Notes under the pieces: generated by a model
Database searches by the model: none
What the model was told of the DNA's origin: nothing
The model's input: the letters and a program-made list of their open reading frames with translations, nothing else
Position numbers and translations under genes: made by a program
Shown: one piece after another, positions 49,163 through 61,547 of the stretch
Position numbering within the stretch: the stretch's first letter is position 1
How the letters are laid out: every line of letters starts with the position of its first letter
Assembly: GCF_018350175.1 (NCBI RefSeq)
Contig: NC_058368.1
Span: 80,912,001 to 80,976,000 of the forward strand
Direction of reading: 5' to 3'
DNA: 64,000 bases
Origin: Felis catus
Lineage: Eukaryota

Positions 49163-50639
49163 GTACCCTCCTCATCAGTTTGTGTTTCGCTCCAGGGCGC
49201 CACGGGCACAGCTGCGGAAGCACCCCGCGCACGAGCCTGGCTGTCCTGCATGGGGCGATGCTGACTGGGAAAGAGCCCCTTAGCCCCCAAGTGTGCACGG
49301 TGGGGAGGGGGGGCAGGCACCGGTCAGCCTGGCTTCTCATCTCCCCCGTGCCCCAGAGCTCAGCCTGGCTCCCTCTGTAGCTGATGGAGGCTGCGCCCTG
49401 GCTGTGCCCAGCAGGGCCCCTCCTTCGTCACTGCGGTCACTTCTGCGTGGCTTGCTCTCCCCCTCCCTGCCCTTCTTATCCTGCGCAGTATGACCGTCTT
49501 TCTCACACTCAGACAGACATAGCCCCAAACAGGTGTTCAGAGAAACAGATTTCTGGGTACAACCTGCCAGGCGGTGAGCCTACAGGCCACCCTCTCAGCT
49601 GGCCTCTCAGCGGTGTGAGACGTGAAATCAGGATGTTTCTGTGGCTTGTGTAGCAGTGGAAGGGGGACTCCTGCCTGACTCCATGGACATTGCTTTCTGC
49701 AGGCTCCTGGTTGAACGTCTGTCTTGTGAACTGTGTCGTGGGACCTCTTGTTCTGGGTGGGCTGACTGTGTTCAGTTTGGGGTGAGGCGCCCACTGCCAT
49801 CCTGGCCAGGGACTCTCCCAAGGGGGGTACAGTCAAGGACTGGAGACGATGAAGGACAAGGCCACCGACAGGGTGGGGACCTCTGAGCCAGCGTGGTGCC
49901 ACTCTGATGGGCTTCCTCCTGGCCCTGCAAAGTGGACACCGATCTCTTTGGAAAGGAGGCAAGAAGTAAATTAATTTGTGTGGCAAGTAGATTAATCTGT
50001 GCACTTGAGGGCTCAGGGAGCAGTGTTTATACTCTAAGGATACTGCTGGCCCAAGGGGCTGGGGGCTCCTCTCCCATTTGGGGGTCACCTCAGGACGTGA
50101 CACTGCCCAGCCTCAGCACCATCGCGGGGCTCGGACTCGTCCACTGGCATTAGGTTGGCAGCAGTGGGTGACAAGGCTGCAGTGGAAAGAGCTGACAAAG
50201 ACACAGATGGCCGACTGCGAGAGGAAGAAGCCACAAGATACGGGGAGACCCCAGACGGCCCTGTCACTCGTTCTTTCTCTTGCTCTTTCTGTTTTTTCTG
50301 GTAGTAGAGTTCAGGATTTTAATTCGCTCCAAAGTCTCTGAAGCAAAGACCACAACAAGTCATCCCGCTTTCCTTTACAACTCCCCCCTCCCAAAGCAAA
50401 GACAAGACACAGACGACCACAGCAGCATTACGTATGGGAAAATATTTAACTTTATACACGGGATCCTGCAGGAGAGTTTTGTACAGTGAATTCGCCCTAC
50501 CGGTGAGGGTTAGCTCCATCACACAGGCCTTGGAAAAGCGTCCAATCGAGGCCGAGGGGGGTGGCAGGGAACCCTGGTGGGGTCTGTGGGCGGGGCCAGT
50601 CTGATGCCTAGTCCTGCGTGGCCTCCAGAACATTGTAGA

Positions 50640-50840
50640 CTCTGGTTCTAGGAGCTTGGGTTTTGAATCCCTGCTCTGCGGTGCTCCTGGGTCTGGGGCC
50701 AGTGACTTAACCCCGGAGGGTCTGGTCGCTGCCAGGTGGGGACAGCGGTAGCATTTGCCTCCTGGTAGTCACACGGTATAAATGAGGTAGTTCCTGTACA
50801 GGACTTCACTGGGCCTCCTCGGCACCAAGTACTCAATAGC
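50640..50840 (+). mobile_element. MIR (GC-shifted)
   Basis: ttgggttttgaatccctgctctgc...ggccagtgacttaacccc...tataaatgaggtag...ggcaccaagtactcaata. Confidence 0.65.
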
Positions 50841-52012
50841 GGCCAAGGTCCTGCCTTTCTTAACAGAGAAGAGAAATCAGCCCCTGGGAAAGTGGAGCTT
50901 TTCAGTCCGGGTTGTCATTTGTCCAGGACCCAGGGCAGATGTCGACCTGGCAGCGTCCTCAGCCTGCCCTGCTCCCCAGGCCCTCCCATTTCCTGGTTCT
51001 GACACCTGCCTGTTGCGCTTCCTGTTCTCGGGGGAGGGGCCTTGGGGGAAGTAGTGATGGAAAATGGGACGGATTCCTTTCTCCTATAATTTGCGTGTGG
51101 GAGACAAATTCAGAATTAATCCCTTACTCACTGGTGGCAAACTCCACAGCACCTCAGAAAGACGGTCCTATTGGACTGTTCTTTGGTTCTCGCTCAGTTG
51201 CACATTTCTGAAGTCTAAATTGTGCCCAAACATACCACCCTCCCCCTACTCCTTCTCTTCTTCTCTGTAGTTAAGTAACTTTTCTTTAAAAATCAAACAA
51301 ACGAGCAAAAACTCTTCCTCCAGAATAATTAGAGATTTATAGGAAGTTTCAGAATAATGGACAGGGAGGCTGCACGCCCAACCCCAGCCTCCGTCAGCAC
51401 TAACATTCCGCGACTAGAGCCCAGTGTCAACGCCAGGACGCGGCTTCTTCAGGTTCCAGCGGTTCCATGCGGACGCACTGCTGTGCGTGCGTACAATTCT
51501 GTGCTGTGGTATCCCGTGAGGACCCGTACTCGCCACCCCACGGTCAAGCCACGTACCCAGCCATCGCCGCAGACTCTTGTTAGCACACGGTCGGTGCACC
51601 CTGAGATCGGACTTTATCACTCAGCATGTTTGTGAGGTGAAACCAACACTCGTTCCTTTTCATTGCCACGCCGTAACCTGCGTGGAGATAGACCACGGTC
51701 TGTTTGACCACCCGTCCCTTAGAGGACCCACGCTGTCTCCAGGGTGTGACTGCTGTTACCAGTAAAGCTGCCATGGACATTCATGGACAGGCTTTTGTGT
51801 CGACAAAGCTTCTTCGGATGACAAGGAAGGCGGTTGTTAGGTTATACACCTAAGTTCGTTTACAGTTTTAATAGAAACTGGCACTGTCTTCCCAGAGTGG
51901 CCTTCCTGTTGAATGTTCTCACTGACAACATGTGTGCATCCACTTTTGCTGGACGCTGTCACTGGTTCCATTCTCACCATCATGATAGCCATACAGTGAT
52001 ACCGTATTGTGT

Positions 52013-52247
52013 TTTTTTTTTAATTAAAAAAATTTTTTTAATGTTTTATTTTTTTGAGAGACAGAGAGAGACAGAGCGTGAGTGGGGGAAGGAAGGGCAG
52101 AGAAAGAGAGGGAGACACAGAATCGGAAGCAGCTCCAGGCTTGAGCTGTCAGCACGGAGACCGACATGGGGCTTGAACCCACGAACCATGAGATCGTGAC
52201 CTGAGCCAAAGTCAGATGCTCAACTGACTGAGCCGCCCAGATGCCCC
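52013..52247 (-). mobile_element. CanSINE nested in L1
   Basis: Antisense SINE; tattgtg(t/g)tttt flanks. Confidence 0.93.
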
Positions 52248-52945
52248 TCTTATTGTGGTTTTAATTTGCCTTTTTCTAACTTCTTTTATTTGCCATCTGT
52301 ATGTCCTCTTTGGTGAAACAGCTATTCAGGTTTTTGGCCCATTTTGTAATTAAACTATTTTTTTTACTGTTGAGTTTTGAGAGTTCTTTGTATATTCTAG
52401 ATACAAGTCCTTCTTTGCCTGGTATGTAATTTGCAAGTGTTTTCTCTCAGGCTAATTTCTTTTCATCCTGTTAAACATTTTTAATTTTGACGAGTTCTAA
52501 CTTATTGTTTTCTCCTTGCTTGTGTGTCAAGTCTAGGAGTGCTTTGACTCATTCTAGGTCCTGAAGATTTTCTTCTTCTTCTTCTTTTTTCTTCTAAAAA
52601 TTTTGTCGTTTTCCATTTTCTGTTGAGCCTGTGTTTGACGGTGGGCTGGGTTTCATTCTTTTTTTGCCTAGGACAATCCAATTGTTCAACAGCACTTGCT
52701 GAAAAAGTTATTCTTCCTCCATTAAACTGCATTCACACTTTTGTGAAAAATCAGTTGGCCATATTTGCATGTGTCTGTTTCTGTGTTCTCTGTTCCATTC
52801 CACCCATCTCTGTTCTTCTGCCAATACCAGACGATTTTGATTACTGTAGATACATGATGGTGGACTGGTTCCTCCCTCTTTATTCTTCTTTTTCAAAATT
52901 GTTTTGACTATTCTAGAACATTTCCCTTTTCATATGCATTTTAGA

Positions 52946-53156
52946 TTTTTTTAAATGTTTATTTATTTTTGAGAGAGAGAGAGAGAGAGAGGCAGACTGT
53001 AAGCAGGGGAGGGGCAGAGAGAGAAGGAGACACAGAATATGAAGCAGGCTCCAGCTGTCAGCACAGAACCCGACACAGGGCTTGAACCCACGGAACTGTG
53101 AGATCATGACTTGAGCCGAAGTCGGACGTTTAACTGACCAAGCCACCCAAGGCTCC
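52946..53156 (-). mobile_element. CanSINE nested in L1
   Basis: Perfect 17-bp TSD TTCATATGCATTTTAGA (52929-52945 / 53157-53173). Confidence 0.96.
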
Positions 53157-53330
53157 TTCATATGCATTTTAGAATAAGCCTGTGTATGTTTATAAAAAAC
53201 AACAACAACAACTTTTCTGGGTTTTAGATAACAATTGCATTGAACCTATAGATTTATTTGAGTAGAATTGACATCTTGAGACATGTTGAGTCTTCCAATC
53301 CACAAATTTCGTATGCCTCTCCAATATTTA

Positions 53331-53561
53331 TTTATTTATTTACCTACTTAAATTTTTTTTTTTTAATTTATTTTTGAGACAGAGAGAGACAGAGCATGAG
53401 CAGGGGAGAGGCAGAGAGAGATGGAGACACAGAATCCGAAGCAGGCTCCAGGCCCTGAGCTGTCAGGACAGAGCCTGACGTGGGGCTCAAGCTCACAGAC
53501 AGTGAGACCATGACCTGAGCTGACACCAGATGCTTAACCGACTGAGCCACCGAGGCGCCCC
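53331..53561 (-). mobile_element. CanSINE nested in L1
   Basis: Degenerate TSD gcctctccaatattta / gcctcttcaattattta. Confidence 0.94.
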
Positions 53562-56500
53562 GCCTCTTCAATTATTTACATCTTCTTTAATTCATTTCAT
53601 TGTCATTTTGGAACTATCAGCATACAGATCCTGTACATGTTTGTTTCTTTGGAGCAGTTGCCAATGGTATTACATTTCTGATTTTCATTTCCCTTTGTTT
53701 ATTGTTGATTTATAGAAATACAATTGATTTTTATGTATCTTATGTCTTGTGACCTTCCTGAACTCACTTACTAATTCGAGGAATCTTTGTGGATTCCTTG
53801 GGATTTCTATATGGACAATCATATCACCTGTGAATATAGCCTATTTTCTTTCTTCCTTTCCAATCTACTCCTTTTATTTTTCTTGCCTTATTGCACTGGC
53901 TAGAACTTCTAGCACTGGGCTGAATAAATGAGGAAAGCAGTGATACTTCCCCTCCCCCAACCTAAAGGAGGAAACGTTCAGTCTTTTCACCATTAAGTGT
54001 GATGTCCACTGTAGGTTTTTGTAGCTGCTTTTTATTAGGTTTAGGACGTTTTCCTTTATTCCTAGTTCGCTCAGAATTTTTATTATAAATGGGTATTTGA
54101 CTTTGTCAAGTGCTTTTTCTGCTTCAGTTAATATAAACATGATTTTTCTTTAGACTGTTGATATGGTGGATTACATCGATTTATTTTTGAATATTGAATC
54201 AGTTTTGCATACCTGGAATAAATTCCACTTGGTCTTAGTGTATTATTCTTTTTGTACATTGCTGGATTCAGTTTGCTAATTTTTTTTTTTTTTTTGTATT
54301 TTATGTTCGAGTTTATGAGAAGTATTGGTCCATAGTTTTCTATTGTCTTTGGCTGTTTTGAGTATCAGAATAATACCAGCTTCATAAAATGAGTTGAGAG
54401 GTACTCTCTCCTCTGCTATTTTCTGGAGGAAATTATGTAAAATTGGTGTTAATTCTTTAAATGTTTATAACATTCTCCAGTGAAACTATCCGGGCATGAA
54501 GATTTCTTTTTCTATAACTCTTAAATTACAAATTAGAGTTTTTTGTAAGTTTGTAAGACTACATATTTGTTTATTCTTGAAAAGCAGGAGGCAGGTGCTA
54601 TGAAAGCTTCTTTGGTAAGAAGCATGGCTTGTAGGCGGGGAAGGGAGTAAGACACGGAGATAATTTGGGTCAGTATCTTCATGATCCTGACATTTCTTAC
54701 TTCTTTAAATGGTCCATTTTGGATACGGCACATGATGCAAAAGTTCATCTTTATTTTTATACGTTACATTCCGAAGACATTTTATGGCATGATTTTGATA
54801 AATGTTACCAATTTCTATTTCTTTCTGTTTTCAAACTTTTGGACCTTTACAATATAGAAATGCTTCTGGTCTTAACCTAGTTTTTTTCTCCCTGTTTCTC
54901 TATTATATTTAGAAGTGTGTTTCCGAAGTCAATTTCTTTCCTTGAGTTGTTACAAAAGAAGCAAGCATCTGCCCAGATAACCAGTGGAAGCTGAAAATCT
55001 ATTCCTCTATGGTCCCTACTTGTGTGAAGCAAAGTTTGTAAAAGATTTCATGTTCTGCTAGCAAGTAAATTGTGGGATCTCTATGATCTACCTCAGTGTC
55101 AGTTAAGACAGTGCCAGCTAGGAAGTGTTGATTCTTTGAGGATGAAACATCTCCTTCACATGGCTATTTAAAACATATCTACGGAAAATATAAGAATATA
55201 CAGATAGTCTCTGTATCTAAGTGCTGACTACCGCAGTGTGGAGGAAGGCCAGTTTGTTTCCTTCTGGGAACAGTCGCTACCGGGTAGTATTTATAAATGG
55301 CTTTCAAATGCATTATTTTAAAAATAAAAATTTTTTCATTAAGCTCAGAAGGCGATGTAAATTCTGTCATCAAGGCCCCAGTAGTTTGTCTTTATGAAAC
55401 AGATCTTGCAAATGTTCCAAATTTATTTTTTTAATGAAAAACACATACACTTGTTTGATTACCCATGACGGTGAAGTAGGGAAGTCATTATAGACAGAGG
55501 AATCGCAATTGGCTTGCTTTCCTGTCTGGAGGAAGAGGAAAGGGTATGAGTATGTCCTCTCTGGTAACTCACCCCCCCAACAGAGCCAAAGCTGGTGCTC
55601 TTGGTCTCACCATTTAGAATCACCCCACAAGAAAACCTCCTATTATTTAGAAGTGCATTATTGTCAGCAAGTAAATGCTCTCATCTCAGTGTTGATAAGG
55701 TTAAGGGAGAAGGATATTGCAGTCACCGCTTGTGTCCCAAAGCGGGGTGTGTTTCCATGAAAGCAGCTCTGTATAAATAGCAAATGCAGATTCTATCGAT
55801 GATGTATCTTTGGACCACTATTTATTTTCCCTTCAAAGTGTGTGAAATGCTGCTGATCTTTTTATTTCTTAGAGGATGAACAATTGCAGCCTTAAGAGAC
55901 ATTTAAATAATGCTTAATTTTTAAAGCAAGAGAATAGGACGAATGGATGCGTTCAGCTTAGGCTTCAGATCAGGTTGCTGTTTTTTTTAAAGCTTAATGT
56001 GTGATATTAGCCTATTAAATAGCGTTCTTTTATTTGATACATTCCCTATCCCCATTAGACATCATTTCCATTGATGATATTTTGTATTGTTTGCACGTTA
56101 GCGCATCTCATACTAAAATACGGGGGATGGAGGGGAAAATAATTAGATTTATGGCTTTGCACTTTTAGTTTCTGATTTAAAGACCTGTTAAAAACTAGCT
56201 CACGGTATGGTACATACAAGGCCATTATCTGGTTAAATGAGCTTATCAGAATAACATATCTCCGTGAGTGATTGTTCTGGAGAGGAGGAAAGCGGATGGC
56301 CAGCCCTTCCACTCGGTGGAAACACAACTTGGAATTTACCGTAGCAGCAGAACGCAGTCAACACAACAGTCATCATTAGGCAGTTAATGGTGATAGCTTC
56401 TGTATAACTTTGTAATACTCAAGCTTCTCTTGGGGGGGCTGGGAGGTGATGATGGCCTGCCTTCAGGCGCGCAGGGAATTCTCCAGACCCTCGGCGTGGA

Positions 56501-56764
56501 AGGACCTACAGACGGACACTCAGAGAAGTCAGCAGGGCACATCACACTGTGGGCTGAAATGCCTAATCAGTCCTAAAGATGCTGGAAAGGGAGTCTAAAG
56601 GTATGTTCTATCTACTGGCTGATTCTAGACTGTCTTTTCATGAGACCAAAGATAAAGTTAACAGTTTAAAATGACAGATTTGCAGATACACTGACGTGGG
56701 ATTCAGACTTGGCTCTCCTACTTTAGATGCTTTACTTTGGGTAGTTTACTTCCACTTCTTCTGT

Positions 56765-56986
56765 TGTTAATTAAAAACATTTTTTTGAATGTTTATTTTA
56801 TTTTTGAGGGAGAGAGAGAGCATGAGCGAGGGAGGTGCAGACAGAGGGGGAGACACAGAATCCGAAGCAGGCTCCAGGCTCTGAGCTGTCAGCAAGAGCC
56901 CAATGCGGGGCTCGAACCCACAAACCATGAGCTCACGACCTGAGCGGAAGTTGGACACTTAGACACCTGAGCCACCCGGGTGCCCC
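56765..56986 (-). mobile_element. CanSINE (distal monomer of composite)
   Basis: Antisense SINE ending gagccacccgggtgcccc; no TSD of its own found. Confidence 0.93.
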
Positions 56987-57079
56987 GAACCAGAACATTT
57001 CTACCCAAGCATGACATATATCCCCCATGTAGGGAGGGAGGCTTCCCTGTCCTTTGATAGAGCTTTAAAATTTCTGTAA

Positions 57080-57279
57080 TTTTCTTTTTTTATGTTTATT
57101 TATTTTTGAGAGAAAGAGAGTGAGCAGAGGAGGGGCAGAGAGAGAGGGGGGACTGAGGATCCAAAGCGGGCTCCACACTGACAGCAGAGAGCCCAATGTG
57201 GGGCTCGAACTCACAAATTGCAAGATCATGACCTGAACTGAAGTCGGACGCTTAACCAACTGAGCCACCCACATGCCCC
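57080..57279 (-). mobile_element. CanSINE (leading monomer of composite)
   Basis: Antisense SINE. Its head-side flank GTTTACTTCGACTTCTT matches 56744-56760, not its own tail flank. Confidence 0.93.
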
Positions 57280-57501
57280 TGTTTACTTCGACTTCTTGAG
57301 TCTACTTCCTCAGTTTTAAAATGTGGGAAATATTAGTTTTGTCTAAATAATTTCATGCCTTCTGTGTCTGGGAAACCTTTTTTCACATAAATTAAATACA
57401 GACTGAGTTTGAAGAGCCCATGACTTTTTCTTTTGCTCTAAATTCTAATGACTATTCCACTTATATTAGTATCTTGTGATTTAAACACACTGTAGAGCGG
57501 A

Positions 57502-57703
57502 GGGGTGTCTGGGTGACTCAGGTTAGGTGTCCGACTTTGACTCAGGTCATGAACTTGTGGTTTGTGGATTCGAGCACCGCATCGGGTCTGTGCTGACAGC
57601 TCGGAGCCTGGAGCCTGCTTCGAATTCTGTGTCTCCCTCTCTCTCTGTTCCTCCCTGCTTACACTCTGTCTCTCTGTCTCTCTCAAAAATAAAGATTAAA
57701 AAA
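57502..57703 (+). mobile_element. CanSINE
   Basis: GGGGTGTCTGGGTGACTCAG head, CT tract, A tail. Confidence 0.92.
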
Positions 57704-58000
57704 TACCATAGTGTAGAAAGGAAACCATAAAAAATGAAGTGTGAACCATCAAGCCAACTTCACATGGATCAGAGAGGATGTGTGTAACTCCCAGCTTGTC
57801 GTAGGTGCATTGGGTTTCACATAGGTTTGCTGATACATTTGTGGTGCTGATAACTCAGTAGATTTCACTTCCCGTGTGAGATGGATGTATGGACTGTTGA
57901 CAGTAGCCTTCAGGACTTGCCTCCAGCCAGGAAGATCTGAGTTAGAATCCTGAATCCAACACTTTTTCACTACATCATCTCAGGCTGGTCTCTCAGTGTC

Positions 58001-58225
58001 TTTGTTTTGTTTGTTTGTTTGTTTTTACTATTTATTTATTTTTAAGAGAGAGGCAGACTGCGAGCAGGGGAGGGGCAGACAGAGAAGGAGACACAGAATC
58101 CGAAGCAGGCTACAGGCTCTGAGCTGTCAGCACAGAGCCTGATGCGGGGCTCGAACCCACGAACTGTGAGATCATGACCTGAGCCGAAGTCGGGCACTTA
58201 ACCGACTGAGCTACCCAGGTGCCCC
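58001..58225 (-). mobile_element. CanSINE with (TTTG)n tail
   Basis: Antisense full copy. Confidence 0.94.
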
Positions 58226-59024
58226 ATCTGTCAGTAGTTCTGTAACCTCAGATTCTTTATTTGCAAAACAAGGATAAAAATACCTGCTTTGAGAGTTGTA
58301 AGAATTCTAGGTGTTTTCTATTACAAGCTGGTGCAAAGTTAGGAGCTCTGACCACATGCCTGGATCTTAGCGAGTTTGCTAATGCAGTGCTGTCTTCATA
58401 GCAGCACGGGAGGCATTGTTATTGGTATTGTCTTTCCCCAGACCCCCAGAGGATGGCACTCCCCCACCCTGCCGTGTAAATGGCTCTCGTTGAGGTCCTT
58501 CTAGACCCTGCCAGTGTTTTCCCTCAGGAATGTCCTTTAAAGCCAGGTCTCTCCCTCCCTTAGTATCTGATGTGTTCAGTAGTGATAACAGTATTTAGAA
58601 ACCTTTGTCTCTCATGACAGGGTGGGATTCAATCAGGACCCTGTACCTATGTTCCAGCTATCTGTGTCAACCCAAATCTGTCCTAATTAAGTGAAGCTCC
58701 TTTACAGGTGATCAACAGAAGTATAGGAAATGATTGGATTCCAAGTAAAGTATATGGATATCAAATTTAAAAATAACTCAAAGCTTTGATGCCTAGTGCA
58801 AAGTTAAAAATAAGTTAAAAATTAAGGAGAAAATTGATGTCTTTAAGGAGAGCCATCCTTTTAAGTATACGTACCTCTGAGCTGGAAAGTTTATCTGATG
58901 AGATAGTTAAGCTGTAGGAAGCACTATTCAGTGTGTGGCAGGAGGAGAATGTTACTTGCAAAAATGGCTTGCACTCGTTTTTCCAAAGATGTTAATATCT
59001 TCAGCAGCCACATGTCCAGTGTGG

Positions 59025-59250
59025 AGCATGGTATAAAAGAAGTCATGCAGGAGACAACCCAACTTTCCCATTTCCTGGCGTGTGACACAGGGCAGTAGAA
59101 CCCGTGATCTAATCTTTTAAAGCTAAGGGGGAACTTCGAAATGGGGGAACGCCACCATCACCTTAGTTTCGAGGATTAAATGAAATAACATGTATGTACA
59201 TAAACCACGTGGCTCAACCCTAGGCACAGCATGGGGGTTTAAGAACTACT
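59025..59250 (+). mobile_element. MIR
   Basis: ttcctggcgtgtgacacagggcagt...tttcgaggattaaatgaaataacatgtatgta...cctaggcacagcatggggg. Confidence 0.65.
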
Positions 59251-60908
59251 CACTTTTGTTCCTGTGATTATGGGGGGAAAGCAAAAGCATTTAGTCATTT
59301 ATTCAACGTTCTCTCCATTAACATATGTCTGACTTTGGGGTTTGAAATCCTGTGCACACACCCTCTAAGGTACTTTTCATCTTCTAGAATCCCTAAGAGT
59401 TTAACAAACCCAGTCAATAAAGATAACCCACCATTGATTCCTGGGGGCCACTAATCCACTCCTGGAGCATGGCCACCTCTGGGTAAAAAGAGCAACAAAT
59501 ATTTATCAGCTACATAACACCTCGACTACATTCAATGGAGTCCTTTTATAGTATTTCCTACAGGACGGAGATAAGAAAGCCGTGCACGACGGCGCTGTTA
59601 CACCTGTGTGTGTTTATCCAGGTCTTTAAAAGATAAATACTGTAATCAGGGAGTCAAATATTAGGCAATTATAAGACTTCAGAGACTCGATGATGAATTC
59701 AGTCCCTTTCTCGCTAGTTGGGTGATGGATTTAAATCAGAAACAATAATCTTGCCCCGAAAGGGAGTTTCGCTCCCTCCCGGACAGCGGAAAAGTAGCCG
59801 AGAGCCCTCTGTGTATGTTTCAAAATAAGCTGCGCATCGTCTCAAGTCAACCTGGGTGTTAATCAGAAGATCGGTGAGGCTCATCAGTTCCGTCCTTGCA
59901 CGCGGCTAATTGCATTAAAATTCTTCCGTGAGCACGCTGCGGATAGCCCAGCCACTTGGAACATGCAGTCAGTTCTGTGTTTCTCTTGTAACCTAGTGCC
60001 TGTTTGCTTGAGGTTATGAGCCAGTTCGACTCTGAGAGGTGTCCGTGCCCCGGGGCACACACAGTTCTGCCCGAGGGCCATCAGAGCTCCCGAAAGCGGG
60101 GAGAGCACTCTGCTGGAGGTTCGGGAGCGAGCCTTCACTGCATCTCCATTGCGTGGCCTGATTTTGGAGAGCCTTGATTTCCCTGACGTCTGAAGGAGGA
60201 CTGATGACTCATTTCTCCATCTGGTGATTCCCAAAGAGAGACCAGTAGAGATACCTGAGCATAGCAGCCAGGAGCCAGTCTGGGAAGCAGTTGGGAAGGG
60301 CTTCTGGCTGCTGAGGAGACTGACCCAGACGGCACCCGCCACTTCCCTCGGCCGAGCCCAGACGGGAGGGGGCCTGTGGAGGGCTAGGGCAGAGACCCTG
60401 CTGTTTCATATTTGGGGTTCTACGTCCCCCATTCCCAAGGCTGGTGACTCTTAGAGGGAGAGATGGTAGAAAGGGGAGCAGGTTCAGAAAAAGAAGGCAA
60501 TGAGGGGCCAACACTGAGACACTGCCAAGTGTCATCCTCAGGGAGGTAGTGGAGAGAAGGAAAGAAGTGAGAGAGGAACAAAGTTCCCAGGAGATCAGGG
60601 CACAAAGAACAGAAGGATGTGAGGTCAAGTCAGACTGGGGGCAAAGACACGCGTGAGAGGGCATCAGAACGGCAGGAACACGACGCTCCTGGACAGTTTG
60701 CTGGTTTGTGAGCTTCCCTTCACTGGGGAGTTTTCGGGTATCGGTACTGGCTGAGCGATGAAGGCTGAGAGGTAGGTGTCGCTGTCCAGACCTCACCGGT
60801 GCGGGAGCCCTGTCTCAACAAGTAAAGTTCTGGGCACCACACAGCCGCTGGGTGACAGCAGCAGGAGTCTGCCTGTTTGCTACTACATTACTCTGGTTCT
60901 GTCCACCT

Positions 60909-61093
60909 CGGGGTTGGCAGACTTCTTCTGTAAGGGCTATAGCAAATATTTTAAGCTTTCGGTCACCATGTGGCTCAAAAGCAGCCACAGACAATATGCA
61001 AACGAATGGCCACAGTGGGGTACGATAAAACTTTATGTACAATACAGACAGTGGGCCAGAGTTAGCTTGAGGGCCCTAGCTTGCTCATGCCTG
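60909..61093 (+). mobile_element. MER58A (hAT-Charlie MITE)
   Basis: ggggttggcagacttcttctgtaaggg..agcaaatattttaagcttt...aaagcagccacagacaatatgcaaacgaatgg...ataaaactttat...gtgggccaga. Confidence 0.85.
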
Positions 61094-61325
61094 GTTTACA
61101 TAAAAGTGGGTGGGTGCACCGGGGACAAAAAAAAAAAAAAAAAAAAAAAGCCAGATACGTGCCTGAAGGGAGCCTGAAGAGGGTGTAGGAGATGCCAGGC
61201 CGCAATAGTGGTGGTTCCTACAGCAGCTTAGCCATACAATCCCTTCTGTTGCTAAATCATCTTCATATGTTTTAAAAGTACAGGTGAAGTCACCATGTGT
61301 CCTCAGTGTGAACAGTTTCTTTCCT

Positions 61326-61547
61326 TTTTTTAAAAAAATATTTTTAATGTTTATTTACTTTCGAGAGAAAGAGACAGAGGCGTGAGCAGGGGAGGGGCAG
61401 AGAGAGAGGGAGACACAGAATCCGAAGCAGGCTCCAGGCTCCGAGCCGTCAGCACAGAGCCCGACGCAGGGCTCGAACCCATGAACTGTGAGATCAGGAC
61501 CTGAGCCGAAGTCGGACGCTCAACTGACTGAGCCACCCCAGGCGCCC
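61326..61547 (-). mobile_element. CanSINE
   Basis: Perfect 17-bp TSD TGAACAGTTTCTTTCCT (61309-61325 / 61548-61564). Confidence 0.96.

Larger units (their letters stand above)
51280..54535 (-). mobile_element. Old L1 (L1MC/MD-like): 3'UTR plus decayed ORF2, interrupted by three SINEs
   Basis: ORF 53874-54140(-) EAEKALDKVKYPFIIKILSELGIKENVLNLIK...LFSPVLEVLASAIRQEK matches the L1 ORF2 RT region (DAEKAFDKIQHPFMIKTL...LFNIVLEVLARAIRQEK). Flanking antisense L1 motifs such as tactgttgagttttgagagttctttgtatattctagatacaagtcc. Confidence 0.92.
56690..57340 (+). mobile_element. MIR split by a ~520-bp composite insertion (56761-57280)
   Basis: Joining 56690-56760 to 57298-57340 gives gggattcagacttggctctcctact...ttgggtagtttacttccacttcttgagtctacttcctcagttttaaaatgtgggaaatatt, collinear with the MIR core. 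Confidence 0.7.

Noticed and set aside
54535..54560. Abrupt end of the L1 and lower CpG density downstream, possibly a chimeric join
   Set aside because: 5' truncation is normal for L1, and felid SINEs and CpG-rich patches continue downstream.
56467..56606. Acceptor/donor pair (ccttcag ... AAG|GTATGT)
   Set aside because: The frames I translated contain stops and the pyrimidine tract is weak.
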